Origin: an uncultured cyanobacterium
GTDB taxonomy: Bacteria; Cyanobacteriota; Cyanobacteriia; Cyanobacteriales; Nostocaceae
DNA length: 64,000 nucleotides
Reading direction: 5' to 3'
NCBI GenBank assembly: GCA_963740315.1
Contig: CAVUDP010000004.1
Span: 416,001 to 480,000, forward strand
In this document: positions 1 to 9,175 of the stretch, in pieces
How positions within the stretch are numbered: the stretch's first letter is position 1
Layout: each line of letters starts with the position of its first letter
Translations under genes and position numbers: made by a program
Notes under the pieces: model-generated
What the model was told of the DNA's origin: nothing
Seen by the model: the letters and a program-made list of their open reading frames with translations, nothing else
Databases searched by the model: none

Positions 1-20
1 ATTTATTAGATGAAGAATGA
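1..20 (+). CDS. 3' end of upstream gene (..LLDEE*), probable antitoxin, partial
   Basis: TTA TTA GAT GAA GAA TGA; stop overlaps toxin ATG (ATGA), typical type II TA coupling. Confidence 0.5.
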
Positions 21-301
21 TAACTTTAATTTGGGGTACAAGTTTTAAACGGGCTTTTAAACGCATTGTTCGTAAAAATCCTCAGTTAGAGGAAAAAATA
101 TTGACTGTTTTAGAACTCTTAGGTAATGACCCATTTACCAATTCTTTGAAATCACATAAACTGCGAGGTCAGTTAGAGGGGTTATGGGCTTGTTCGGTCG
201 AATATGATTGCCGAATTATTTATACATTTGAACAAGATAGTGATAACGAAGAAGAAATAATTTTATTAGTTAATATTGGTACTCATGATGAAGTTTATTA
301 A
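17..301 (+). CDS. RelE/YafQ-family type II toxin (mRNA interferase)
   Basis: 94 aa; F.R..K N-term, LKSHKLRG.L.G.WACSV.YD.RIIY, C-terminal IGTHDEVY. Confidence 0.85.
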   Translation: MITLIWGTSFKRAFKRIVRKNPQLEEKILTVLELLGNDPFTNSLKSHKLRGQLEGLWACSVEYDCRIIYTFEQDSDNEEEIILLVNIGTHDEVY

Positions 302-333
302 GTTGAAGACTCTAATATTACTACAATAATTTA

Positions 334-390
334 TTCAGTCCTCTTAAGAGGACTTTCGCTATTAGACAGGGATTTGCAATCCCTGGCGGA
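334..390. repeat. small dispersed double-hairpin repeat (cyanobacterial REP/SDR-like)
   Basis: AGTCCTCTTAAGAGGACT and CAGGGATTTGCAATCCCTG palindromes. Confidence 0.5.
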
Positions 391-521
391 TTAGCGGACT
401 TTATCAACTGTAATTATGTTAAAATACCCTCAAAACAAACTAACATCTGCGGCACAATTACCGCAACATCTCATGTTAACTAAAGTAAATTTAGTCACGA
501 GCCAAGTAGCTCTGAAGGAGG

Positions 522-1367
522 ATGGCTCATGGTAATATTTCTAATACAACACAACCGTTAAAACTTGAAACTAACGCAGCTAAAATCAACGAAATCAAAA
601 AGCTGCAAAATCATCGAACTTACCGCGATTCAACCAAACAATTCTATGTAGAAGGTGTGCGTAACTTTATTAGAGTTGTCGATAATAGATTTGATATTTC
701 CACCATAATTTATAGCGAGAAACTGCTAACATCTGCGATCGCTCGCAAACTAGTTCGTCAAAATCGTCGCGCTGGAATTCCCTGTCTAAATATTACCCCC
801 GAACAATTTCGCATTATTTCCCATACAGAAAAAGCTTCCGGAGTTGGTGCAATTGTGCGTCAACATTGGACGAAGTTGCATGATATTTCCCTACAAGAAC
901 GAACCTGCTGGATAATATTAGAAACAGTGCGATCGCCGGGAAACCTTGGTACCTTGATTCGCACTTCGGAAGCATTTGGAGGTGCTGGTTTCATCTTGTT
1001 AGGAAACAGTATAGATGCTTTTGACTCAAATGTAGTTCGAGCTTCAATGGGTTCTATTTACAATCAAAAATTTATTCGCACGAGTTACTCCAAATTACAC
1101 AAATGGTTGCAACATCATAATTGCACTGCAATTGGTGCTTCTCCAGATGGTGCTGTTGATTTTCATCAATTTAATTATCCCGCAACAACATTAATTTTTT
1201 TGGGAGAAGAAAGAAAAGGATTGACTCAACAACAGCGGGATTTATGTAAATATCTCGTTCGTATTCCAACAGCATCTACAGTTGATTCTCTAAACTTAGC
1301 TGTTGCAGGAAGTTTAATGATGTACGAGATTTATCGAACGCAAAATCTGGTTAATTGTCAAATGTGA
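522..1367 (+). CDS. TrmH/SpoU-family RNA methyltransferase
   Basis: PGNLGTLIRT, RASMG, LGEERKGL, SLNLAVAG SPOUT motifs. Confidence 0.9.
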   Translation: MAHGNISNTTQPLKLETNAAKINEIKKLQNHRTYRDSTKQFYVEGVRNFIRVVDNRFDISTIIYSEKLLTSAIARKLVRQNRRAGIPCLNITPEQFRIISHTEKASGVGAIVRQHWTKLHDISLQERTCWIILETVRSPGNLGTLIRTSEAFGGAGFILLGNSIDAFDSNVVRASMGSIYNQKFIRTSYSKLHKWLQHHNCTAIGASPDGAVDFHQFNYPATTLIFLGEERKGLTQQQRDLCKYLVRIPTASTVDSLNLAVAGSLMMYEIYRTQNLVNCQM

Positions 1368-1403
1368 AAATAAGTTTAATTTTCAAACTTACATATTTGA
1401 TAT

Positions 1404-1430
1404 AGCGGGTATTTTACCCGCTTTTCTTCT
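1404..1430 (+). terminator. probable intrinsic terminator
   Basis: AGCGGGTA-TTT-TACCCGCT hairpin followed by T-rich tract. Confidence 0.5.
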
Positions 1431-1486
1431 GCAAATTAACAGTATTGTAGTAGTACGTCTAACTTAAAATTAAATAAAAATCGCCC

Positions 1487-2086
1487 ATGTCTATTCTTAA
1501 CGAAAATTCTAACTATTCTTTTCGCTCTTATTTTGAGTTATCCAACGATACCGATGAAATTCTGGCTGAATTTGACTATTTTTTTACTCGAAAACGTTTA
1601 CAACTTCCTAAAACTAACCGTGAAATTGAAGGTTTAATTCAATTACGTAACTCAATCGAAGAAACTATTCCTTATGTAACTCTTAGCAGCGAAGCAGCAA
1701 AACGAGAAATTTTAATTGCACCTGTTTTAAGTCGAGTTGCTGTAATTACTAAGCGACTTTTGAGAATTGAATATCCAGTGAAGGTAAATAACTTACTTCA
1801 AGGTAATCTTGTTTACTTGATTCAATCCCAGCATAGTTTAGTTGTAATTGAAGCGAAACGCGATGATTTAACAAAGGGTTTTACTCAACTTGCGGTAGAG
1901 ATGATTGCACTAGCAACCTTAGAAAAATCACCAGATATCATTTACGGTGTTGTGACAATGGGTGATGTATGGGTATTTGGTATTTTAGAACAAGCTTCAC
2001 GTACTATTACAAGAGATATTACTTCCTACACTTTACCCGATGGTTTGGAAGAAATAGTCAAAATATTAGTTGGGATTTTAGAGTAG
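1487..2086 (+). CDS. cyanobacterial PD-(D/E)XK-fold (HsdR-N-like) protein
   Basis: SEAAKRE.LIAPVL, VVIEAK, GFTQLA.E, YG.VT.G..W.FG. Confidence 0.65.
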   Translation: MSILNENSNYSFRSYFELSNDTDEILAEFDYFFTRKRLQLPKTNREIEGLIQLRNSIEETIPYVTLSSEAAKREILIAPVLSRVAVITKRLLRIEYPVKVNNLLQGNLVYLIQSQHSLVVIEAKRDDLTKGFTQLAVEMIALATLEKSPDIIYGVVTMGDVWVFGILEQASRTITRDITSYTLPDGLEEIVKILVGILE

Positions 2087-2171
2087 TTTAATATACTTCT
2101 CTTTCTTCTATTTTTCTTTGCGTCCTCTGTGTCTAGTAAGGTTTTTATCCTTATTATAAACTTGTAAACCA

Positions 2172-2615
2172 TCAACGCATCGCTACATAAACACCAGTAA
2201 AACTTCCCGCTTTCACTCCATCTGCTAAAACATCAACATTCAACTCAATTCTACTTTTTGACTTCCTTTCCAACATCTTGATAAACTTCTGCCATTGCGA
2301 CGATGGAAACGGACAAATAGCCATAAAATCACCATCAATCGGCTGAAGGTATTCTATAGAATTACGCTGGATAACAATTCGAGAAGATAAAGATAACGCT
2401 TGTAAATTAGTATGAACTAAAGTCCATCCCGCAAGAATTGCTAACGCCGAAACGCTACCACCAAAAACTGTCGAACGATGATTTATATTTGGTATTAAAG
2501 GTGCTTGTAAAGTAACACCGTGTTCATCAACTTGCTTGACTTTAACCTCCATACATTTAGATAGCGGAATATGTTCGTGAAGGTAGCTTTCAACTTCTAT
2601 AATAGTAGGAAGCAT
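2172..2615 (-). CDS. hotdog-fold thioesterase, YiiD C-terminal family
   Basis: HIPLS..M, APL.PNINH..TVFGGS, LAGW. Confidence 0.85.
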   Translation of the reverse strand: MLPTIIEVESYLHEHIPLSKCMEVKVKQVDEHGVTLQAPLIPNINHRSTVFGGSVSALAILAGWTLVHTNLQALSLSSRIVIQRNSIEYLQPIDGDFMAICPFPSSQWQKFIKMLERKSKSRIELNVDVLADGVKAGSFTGVYVAMR

Positions 2616-2731
2616 AATTTTAATTTATTTACTTTTATACAGCTAATAATCGCCTCAATGATTGCAAAATAATCAAAATTTATAAATATATTTTGTTTTC
2701 TTTCATAACGTTAATCTACAACCAGTCAAAT

Positions 2732-2758
2732 TGTAGAGACGTAGCACTGCTACGTCTC
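2732..2758. repeat. palindromic SDR TGTAGAGACGTAGCACTGCTACGTCTC (copy 1 of 3)
   Basis: identical copy at 9811-9837, near-identical at 33852-33882. Confidence 0.85.
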
Positions 2759-2910
2759 CCTAATTTGCCGAACAAACGACAATCAACGTAACATACAACC
2801 ATAGATTAAGGATATTACGTTACCTTAAGCTAACTTTGCTATCCTCATTAAAGCAAGTCTTCTCGTATTGCAAAATACATTTACTCGTACACATCTATTA
2901 ATTCAAATTC

Positions 2911-3633
2911 ATGTTCAGCTACACTAATAAACTAATTCAAGGTTGGAAAGAACAAGTAAGTCCCCGATTATCTCCTTTACTATCATTATTATGGGTTGGA
3001 GGTTTTGCGATTGCAGCTTTTTGTGTATGGGGATTTTTTGAAATTGCAGAAAGAGTATTTGCAGAACAAACTACAGAATTTGATATAGCATTTCTACAGA
3101 GCATTTACAAGTTACATACTCCTTTATTAAATCAAATCATGACAGGAATCACATTTCTCGGTAATGGTTCAACTTTAATTTACCTTAGTTGTATTGTAGG
3201 GTTATTTTTATTAGTTAGCAGAAAATTTGCTAGTGCTTTTACTTTAGTTATCGTCACCTCTGGGGGTATCGGTTTAAATATATGGCTGAAAAATATATTT
3301 GCTCGCGTGCGCCCAGCTTTATGGGAACGTGTTGTAGAGGTTGATGTATTCAGTTTTCCCAGCGGACACGCTATGGTTTCTTTAGTTGTTTATGGTTTTA
3401 TCGGTTATTTATTAATAGCTAACTTTCGTTCTTGGAGCAGTGTATTTTTGTTTTTCACAGCTTTAATCATTTTAGCGATCGGTTTCAGTCGGCTATATTT
3501 AGGTGTTCATTATCCTACAGATGTAATTGCTGGATATGCTGCTGGATTAGTATGGTTAATTAGCTGTATTCTTAGTTTAGAAATTCTACAGTCTTTGCTG
3601 CGAAGAAAGAATCGGGAAGCTGTTAGCGATTGA
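2911..3633 (+). CDS. PAP2-family membrane phosphatase
   Basis: K..F.R.RP, SFPSGH, SRLYLGVHYP.DV motifs; TM helices. Confidence 0.92.
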   Translation: MFSYTNKLIQGWKEQVSPRLSPLLSLLWVGGFAIAAFCVWGFFEIAERVFAEQTTEFDIAFLQSIYKLHTPLLNQIMTGITFLGNGSTLIYLSCIVGLFLLVSRKFASAFTLVIVTSGGIGLNIWLKNIFARVRPALWERVVEVDVFSFPSGHAMVSLVVYGFIGYLLIANFRSWSSVFLFFTALIILAIGFSRLYLGVHYPTDVIAGYAAGLVWLISCILSLEILQSLLRRKNREAVSD

Positions 3634-3676
3634 TTACAAATCATAACTTTTTATGAGGACGATTTTCGTTTAAATA

Positions 3677-4039
3677 CTACGGTAAAGGTAAATAAACAAT
3701 CCTATCTTGATATTCGTTTTCTTCAGAAGCAAGAGCTACTAATATTAATTCCTCCAAATTTTCTCCTACACTTAAATTTGGATTGAGAATAAAAATACCT
3801 GGTATGTGACGATTTTTTGCTATATGTTCATCTAAGTGAACGGGCATAGATGTCCGGTTATTTGTTACCACTACAAAATTATTGTCTTCACACCAGTCAA
3901 GAATTTCTGGATCTAAAGTACCTTTTGGTGGGAGATTTAATTCTCCTACCACTTTGACTATAATACTTGGTTCTTTTTGTCTAATTTGTTTGGGATAAAG
4001 AGGATTTACATTTTCATCAATCAAGTATTTAAGATTCAT
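3677..4039 (-). CDS. DUF5615 PIN-like toxin
   Basis: YLIDEN, D.EIL.W, VVTNN; overlaps the upstream DUF433 gene. Confidence 0.8.
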   Translation of the reverse strand: MNLKYLIDENVNPLYPKQIRQKEPSIIVKVVGELNLPPKGTLDPEILDWCEDNNFVVVTNNRTSMPVHLDEHIAKNRHIPGIFILNPNLSVGENLEELILVALASEENEYQDRIVYLPLP

Positions 4040-4376
4040 TAATTAATTGTTCGGCTTTTCTTTTTGCTCTTAATTGGCGAAGTTTGTCCGAAACAGGCAG
4101 TGGATTGAGTCTTTGTTGTTCTCTCATTCTATGACCATGCTCGTGCCATTTTCTCATATATTGGCTAACACTTTCTTGATTTTGTAAGTAGTAAAGAATA
4201 GTCGCATAGACTTGTTCTAATTTTAAAGATGTGTATGTTTGAGCAATTTCTTCTGGGGTACGACTGCGATCGAGATATTCGTACAAAATAGTTTCAATAC
4301 CAATCCTTGTTCCTTTAAGGCGAATGTCAGTAGGAGCAAGAAAGTTGAAATAATCTGTTAAAACTTGGGTTGACAT
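4029..4376 (-). CDS. DUF433 antitoxin-like protein
   Basis: IRLKGTRIGIE.IL, TPEEIA..Y.SL.LEQVYA.I.YY. Confidence 0.88.
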   Translation of the reverse strand: MSTQVLTDYFNFLAPTDIRLKGTRIGIETILYEYLDRSRTPEEIAQTYTSLKLEQVYATILYYLQNQESVSQYMRKWHEHGHRMREQQRLNPLPVSDKLRQLRAKRKAEQLINES

Positions 4377-4394
4377 TATATTTATATTTAACTA

Positions 4395-4421
4395 ATTCAT
4401 AAATACTATTATAAAAACTTT
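4395..4421. repeat. 27-bp direct repeat, copy 1
   Basis: ATTCATAAATACTATTATAAAAACTTT, exact copy at 5532-5558. Confidence 0.9.
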
Positions 4422-4515
4422 CTTAATCATTCGTGAGAGAGATAATCGCTGAAAAGCTTAAAAACACGTACTCTCGATCTGCGTATCTTCTCACGTTTCA
4501 ATTCGGATTGCTATA
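4422..4515. mobile_element. degenerate MITE-like element with truncated left end
   Basis: right end TCTCACGTTTCAATTCGGATTGCTATA; partial inverted match CGTGAGA at left. Confidence 0.35.
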
Positions 4516-4688
4516 GTAAGTAAAATTTTCTTCATACTTGTACAACCGATTACTGCTGTAAATATTGCAACTCTCGCTTTTATCAAAGCCTTTGAAAAGA
4601 CGATTAAAAAATTTACTGAAGTAACCTGAAATAGAATTGACACCCTACGCAAGAAGATTTGGCATAAGTTAGGTATAAATGTAGTTGA

Positions 4689-4811
4689 GAGCCTCCTACT
4701 TCAGCGGGAGTTACAGCATCAGGTGTTAATGCAGTAATGCGCCAAGGTCGGCAAGCTCTTGGGACACAAAGCTATGACAAAGCGAATTTGAAAGGTAAAT
4801 GGGGTCTCTAA
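4689..4811 (+). pseudogene. 40-codon C-terminal remnant, matrixin/metzincin-like
   Basis: EPPTSAGVTASGVNAVMRQGRQALGTQSYDKANLKGKWGL*; Met-turn-like AVM..D...L; stop 7 nt before next ATG; in-frame TGA upstream. Confidence 0.4.
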
Positions 4812-4818
4812 ATCAACC

Positions 4819-5460
4819 ATGAAGAAACATTCCTTAATTGCTCTTATCCTCATTCCTATCTTATCGGGGTTAGCGAGCGTGGTTTCATTGCAAGCCCGCC
4901 CTAAATCAATTGCAGAGAAAAAACCTCAAGTTGATCGAGCTTCTTCCCAAAAAATAGAAACAATCAAAGGTTTGCCAGTTAAGCGTCTTCCTGGTTCAAT
5001 CATTCCTATTAATGGACTTGATGATTTAATTGCAAAATCAGACCTCATTGTTATTGGGAAGACAGACAAGTCTGTTGCTGAAGCAAAATCGCTCATTGGC
5101 AGGGATCGCGAAGGATTTATTGCTACGGCTGTTTCAGAAGTCCCTTTTAAGGTGAACAAAGTCTTTAAGGGAGATCCAACCCTCAAAGAAATTCGTCTGG
5201 GACAGCAAGCGGCTGTAGTTCAAGAAAATGGGAAATCCTACATTCGAGTGTTTGATGAATATACCCCATTAGAACCGGGCAAAAAATACGTATTGTTCCT
5301 TCGTAAAGGGATCGATACGGGTGAAGGATTGTATTTCCCAACTGGCGTAATGTATGGCAAATATAATGTCGATGGGGGTGACACAAGAGAAGATGCAGCA
5401 TTTGATGACCCAACGTTTAAGGCTATCAAAAAAGCTGTGAAAGATCGGTTCAAAGAGTAA
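4819..5460 (+). CDS. secreted hypothetical protein, possible TIMP/NTR-like OB fold
   Basis: N-terminal signal peptide; SDLIVIG..F.V.KVFKG..PGKKYVLFL pattern. Confidence 0.7.
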   Translation: MKKHSLIALILIPILSGLASVVSLQARPKSIAEKKPQVDRASSQKIETIKGLPVKRLPGSIIPINGLDDLIAKSDLIVIGKTDKSVAEAKSLIGRDREGFIATAVSEVPFKVNKVFKGDPTLKEIRLGQQAAVVQENGKSYIRVFDEYTPLEPGKKYVLFLRKGIDTGEGLYFPTGVMYGKYNVDGGDTREDAAFDDPTFKAIKKAVKDRFKE

Positions 5461-5531
5461 GATCCACTCACGATACAATTGTGATTGGAATAGAGTACGA
5501 AAGACACCTGATACCTACATTAAGTGTCTTT

Positions 5532-5558
5532 ATTCATAAATACTATTATAAAAACTTT
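5532..5558. repeat. 27-bp direct repeat, copy 2
   Basis: exact match to 4395-4421. Confidence 0.9.
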
Positions 5559-5883
5559 ATTAACTAATTAGCACAAGCAAGCCCGATAACTACGCTCAAC
5601 CACTCATATCATATAAAGATACTATTTAAGGAAAGAAATATAAAACTTATTCACTTGATAGTTATACTGATAAATATAAAAATAAATGCTAACAAAAATT
5701 ACAATACAAACCTATTAGTTGTACGGAATAAAGGGAAATATCAATCTATTTTGATGAAACCGATGTATTGCCGATAACTAGATAATAAAAAGCACATCAA
5801 AAACGTTGAAATCCCTTATATAAAAACCGGCGAGTGCATGGTAAATTTTTCAAATCCCTTGCCTGCGCTTTCCGCTCTACATA

Positions 5884-8800
5884 ATGCATTTGCACTATTT
5901 AAACCCAGAACATCTTGAAGAATTAGTCAATAGCAGTGGCATTGATTTACACCTGGTAAAACTGAATTTTCGCTCTCTTGAAGACAAAAATGCTTATGAT
6001 TATCTATTTATTTCCGAGCTTATTCCCCGTACAAATACTGGAATAGTCAAGAGCTACTGGTTAGAACGTTATGCTCACGTACAACATGGTGGTTGGTGGT
6101 GTTCGGGGGTTGATGTATTAAATAATTGGCAGATGATGGAATGGGGATGTTTCAAACCAAACCAGCCTCGTATAAATCAAAAAGGTAAGTCTATTAAATA
6201 CGAACATCCACCTTGTACGCCGACGCGGATATTTTGTCTGCGAGTACCTTTGCAAATATGGGAACAAGTAGCGCAACGTTACAATGTCAAGCTACCCGAA
6301 ATTGCGATCGCAGATGATGGTGCTGCGATCGGTTTTTGGAAGTGGGTGATGGAACATAACATCCCCGTAATTATTTGCGAAGGTGTTAAGAAAGCAGCCA
6401 CGTTACTTACTTCGGGATATGCAGCGATCGCAGTTCCTGGAATTACCAGCGGTTATCGAGTTATTAAAGATAAATTTGGCAAAGTTATCCGTCGTCAACT
6501 TATCCCGGATTTAACAGCTTTTAGTATTACCAAACGTACTATTTATATTTGTTTTGATTTTGAAACTCAACTTAAGAAAACCAACGCTGTAAATAATGCT
6601 ATATCTCAACTTGGTTTGTTATTTCAAGAAAAAAAATGCCCGGTTCAAGTAATTGAGCTTCCGGGCATGGAAAAAGGTGTTGATGAGTTTATTGTTGCCA
6701 AAGGAGCAGCGGCATTTGATAAAATTTATCGTCAAAGTTTGAATTTAGAAGTTTATCTTGCTCGTAACAAACCCCATACTAATTTAACTATTCCTGCGGC
6801 GCTTACTGTCAACCGTCGTTATTTGGATAATATACCTTTTCCCACTTCGGGATTAGTAGGTGTGAAGTCAGCAAAGGGAACCGGAAAAACTACTGCATTG
6901 CAAGCTGTTGTAAAACAAGCATTAGATACAAATAAACCCGTTTTATTAATTACTCATAGAATCCAGTTAGGGAAATTTTTGTGCGAAAAAGTCGGGATTA
7001 AATGGGGTGTAGGTTATAAAGAATGTTCTATTCAAAATACAGGATTATGTATTGATTCGATTTGGAAGCTCAATCCTTCCGACTGGGAAGGAGCGATAGT
7101 TATTTTAGATGAAGTTGAACAATCTTTATGGCATTTGCTGCATAGTACTACCTGTAAAGATAAACGAGTAAAAATTTTAAAGTCCTTTCAGCAATTAATT
7201 TCTACAGTTTTGACAACTGGAGGATTAGTTATTGCTCAAGATGCCGATTTATCAGATGTTTCTTTAGAATATCTCCAGAAATTGGCGGGAATAAAATTAA
7301 CGCCTTGGGTTGTTGTAAATCAGTGGAAACCGGAAAAAGCTTGGGATGTAACTTTCTATGATTCTCCTAACCCTACACCGTTAATTCAACAACTAGAATT
7401 AGATTTACTCGCAGGAAGAAAATGTTATGTAACTACCGATAGTCGTTCGGGACGTTACAGTAGTGAAACAATCGAACGTTATTTAAAAGAACGTCTGGAT
7501 AAGTTACGACATTTATATCCCAAAACCTTAATAGTCAGCAGTCATACTACTAATACACCAGGTCATGAAGCGGTTGATTTTGTAGCAGCTATTAATCAAA
7601 AAATTACCGAATACGATGCTGTTTTTGTAACTCCCAGCCTTGGTACGGGAATTAGTATAGACGTGCGGCATTTTGACCGAGTTTATGGAATTTTTCAAGG
7701 AGTAATTCCAGATTCCGAAGCCAGACAAGCATTAGCGAGGGTACGCGATGATGTACCGCGTGTCGTCTGGTGTGCAAAGCGAGGAGTTGGTTTAATTGGT
7801 AGCGGTAGCACGAATTATCGATCGCTGTCTTTTTGGTATCAGGAAAATCAAAAAGAAAACTTGGCTTTATTGAGTCCAATGCATAAAATAGATGTCGATC
7901 TACCCTTAGTTTACGATCCCATTCATCTACGAACTTGGGCAAAATTATCATCAAGAGTAAACGCTTCAATTAATTTTTATCGTCAATCGATGAAGGAAGG
8001 TTTAACGGCTGAAGGACATAATTTATGGGTGCGTACCAATGACATTCAAAAAAATATTATTCGAGATTTACGCTATGCATTTTTAGCCACCGATAAAGAA
8101 GATTTAGCAAATCGCAGAAGATTGATTTTAGAAATTGTTAAAGTTAAAAAAGATTGGGAGAAAAGCCGGAATAAATCTCAAGAAATCAATCATAAATTTC
8201 AAAAAATAAAACAGCAAAATCAATTAGCGGTAGCAACTGCTGTAAGTAATGCTCCAGACATAGATTATCTAGAATACGAACAGCTAATAAAAAAACATTC
8301 CCTTACAGATGAAGAACGCTATAAAACAAATAAATACTTTCTCAGAAAAAGATACGGTGTAGAAATTACCCCTCAGCTAAAATTACAGAATGAGAAAGGC
8401 TATTATTATCAATTACGAACTCATTATTATCTAACTCATTCCAGCGACTATTTCCACATCCGAGATAAACAAGAATGGAATCAACAGTTATCCTGCGGTG
8501 AAGGAAAAGTATTTCTCCCAGACTTAAAAATCTATACTCTGAGAATAGAAGCCTTACGAGCATTAGGTGTTTTACAGTTACTCGAACCCGGTAGAGAATT
8601 TAGCGAAAATGATGCCGATTTAATATTGCTGAAAAATACCGTATTGCAGTGCAGCAGACACATTCAAAGAGCCTTAAATATTAACTTAGCAGTAGAAAAC
8701 GAGCAGGTTTCGACAATCAAAATTATTCGGCGACTATTTAATTTATTAGGTTTGAAATTGAAGCGGGTAAACAACGTATATCGTATCGATAGAGAAAAAC

Positions 8801-8937
8801 TTGATGATGGAAGAAATGAGATATTTTCTGTATGGTGTCAGCGAGATGAATTGATGTTAACGCATTTGAAAAATCTCGCTGATTCTGATATTGAGGTGAA
8901 AAGTAAAGTTGTTTTAGGTTCTACGTGCCGACTTTAG
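5884..8937 (+). CDS. CyRepA1-family plasmid-type replication protein (DUF3854 Toprim-like + helicase-like)
   Basis: KYEHPP, IICEG.KKA, ICFD, KGVDE (Toprim-like); Walker A SAKGTGKT; Walker B ILDEVEQ; TPSLGTGISID; QALARVR. Confidence 0.85.
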   Translation: MHLHYLNPEHLEELVNSSGIDLHLVKLNFRSLEDKNAYDYLFISELIPRTNTGIVKSYWLERYAHVQHGGWWCSGVDVLNNWQMMEWGCFKPNQPRINQKGKSIKYEHPPCTPTRIFCLRVPLQIWEQVAQRYNVKLPEIAIADDGAAIGFWKWVMEHNIPVIICEGVKKAATLLTSGYAAIAVPGITSGYRVIKDKFGKVIRRQLIPDLTAFSITKRTIYICFDFETQLKKTNAVNNAISQLGLLFQEKKCPVQVIELPGMEKGVDEFIVAKGAAAFDKIYRQSLNLEVYLARNKPHTNLTIPAALTVNRRYLDNIPFPTSGLVGVKSAKGTGKTTALQAVVKQALDTNKPVLLITHRIQLGKFLCEKVGIKWGVGYKECSIQNTGLCIDSIWKLNPSDWEGAIVILDEVEQSLWHLLHSTTCKDKRVKILKSFQQLISTVLTTGGLVIAQDADLSDVSLEYLQKLAGIKLTPWVVVNQWKPEKAWDVTFYDSPNPTPLIQQLELDLLAGRKCYVTTDSRSGRYSSETIERYLKERLDKLRHLYPKTLIVSSHTTNTPGHEAVDFVAAINQKITEYDAVFVTPSLGTGISIDVRHFDRVYGIFQGVIPDSEARQALARVRDDVPRVVWCAKRGVGLIGSGSTNYRSLSFWYQENQKENLALLSPMHKIDVDLPLVYDPIHLRTWAKLSSRVNASINFYRQSMKEGLTAEGHNLWVRTNDIQKNIIRDLRYAFLATDKEDLANRRRLILEIVKVKKDWEKSRNKSQEINHKFQKIKQQNQLAVATAVSNAPDIDYLEYEQLIKKHSLTDEERYKTNKYFLRKRYGVEITPQLKLQNEKGYYYQLRTHYYLTHSSDYFHIRDKQEWNQQLSCGEGKVFLPDLKIYTLRIEALRALGVLQLLEPGREFSENDADLILLKNTVLQCSRHIQRALNINLAVENEQVSTIKIIRRLFNLLGLKLKRVNNVYRIDREKLDDGRNEIFSVWCQRDELMLTHLKNLADSDIEVKSKVVLGSTCRL

Positions 8938-9142
8938 TCCTCAGATATTTCCTCTCGTTACCTCTCGTTACAAGGTTCTACCTTGTAATGCATTTCATGA
9001 GGCTCTGCCTCCATTTAGAATAGAGGCAGAGCCTTTCACAAGAAGGTTCCCAGCCAGAGACTGGGAACCAGAAATAGCTAGAGATTGGGAACCAGAAATA
9101 AAGTTGTTTTAGGTTCTACGTGCCGACTTTAGTCCTCAGATA
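8904..9142. mobile_element. 151-bp multi-hairpin element bounded by 44-bp direct repeats (8904-8947, 9099-9142)
   Basis: exact repeat TAAAGTTGTTTTAGGTTCTACGTGCCGACTTTAGTCCTCAGATA; three internal hairpins. Confidence 0.75.
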
Positions 9143-9175
9143 GAAGGGCTAAAGCCCTTACTACGAACTTTGATA

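Noticed and set aside
5560..5883. Iterons upstream of Rep (CCGATAACTA x2, AAATCCCTT x2)
   Set aside because: Only pairs of 9-10-mers, irregularly spaced in AT-rich DNA
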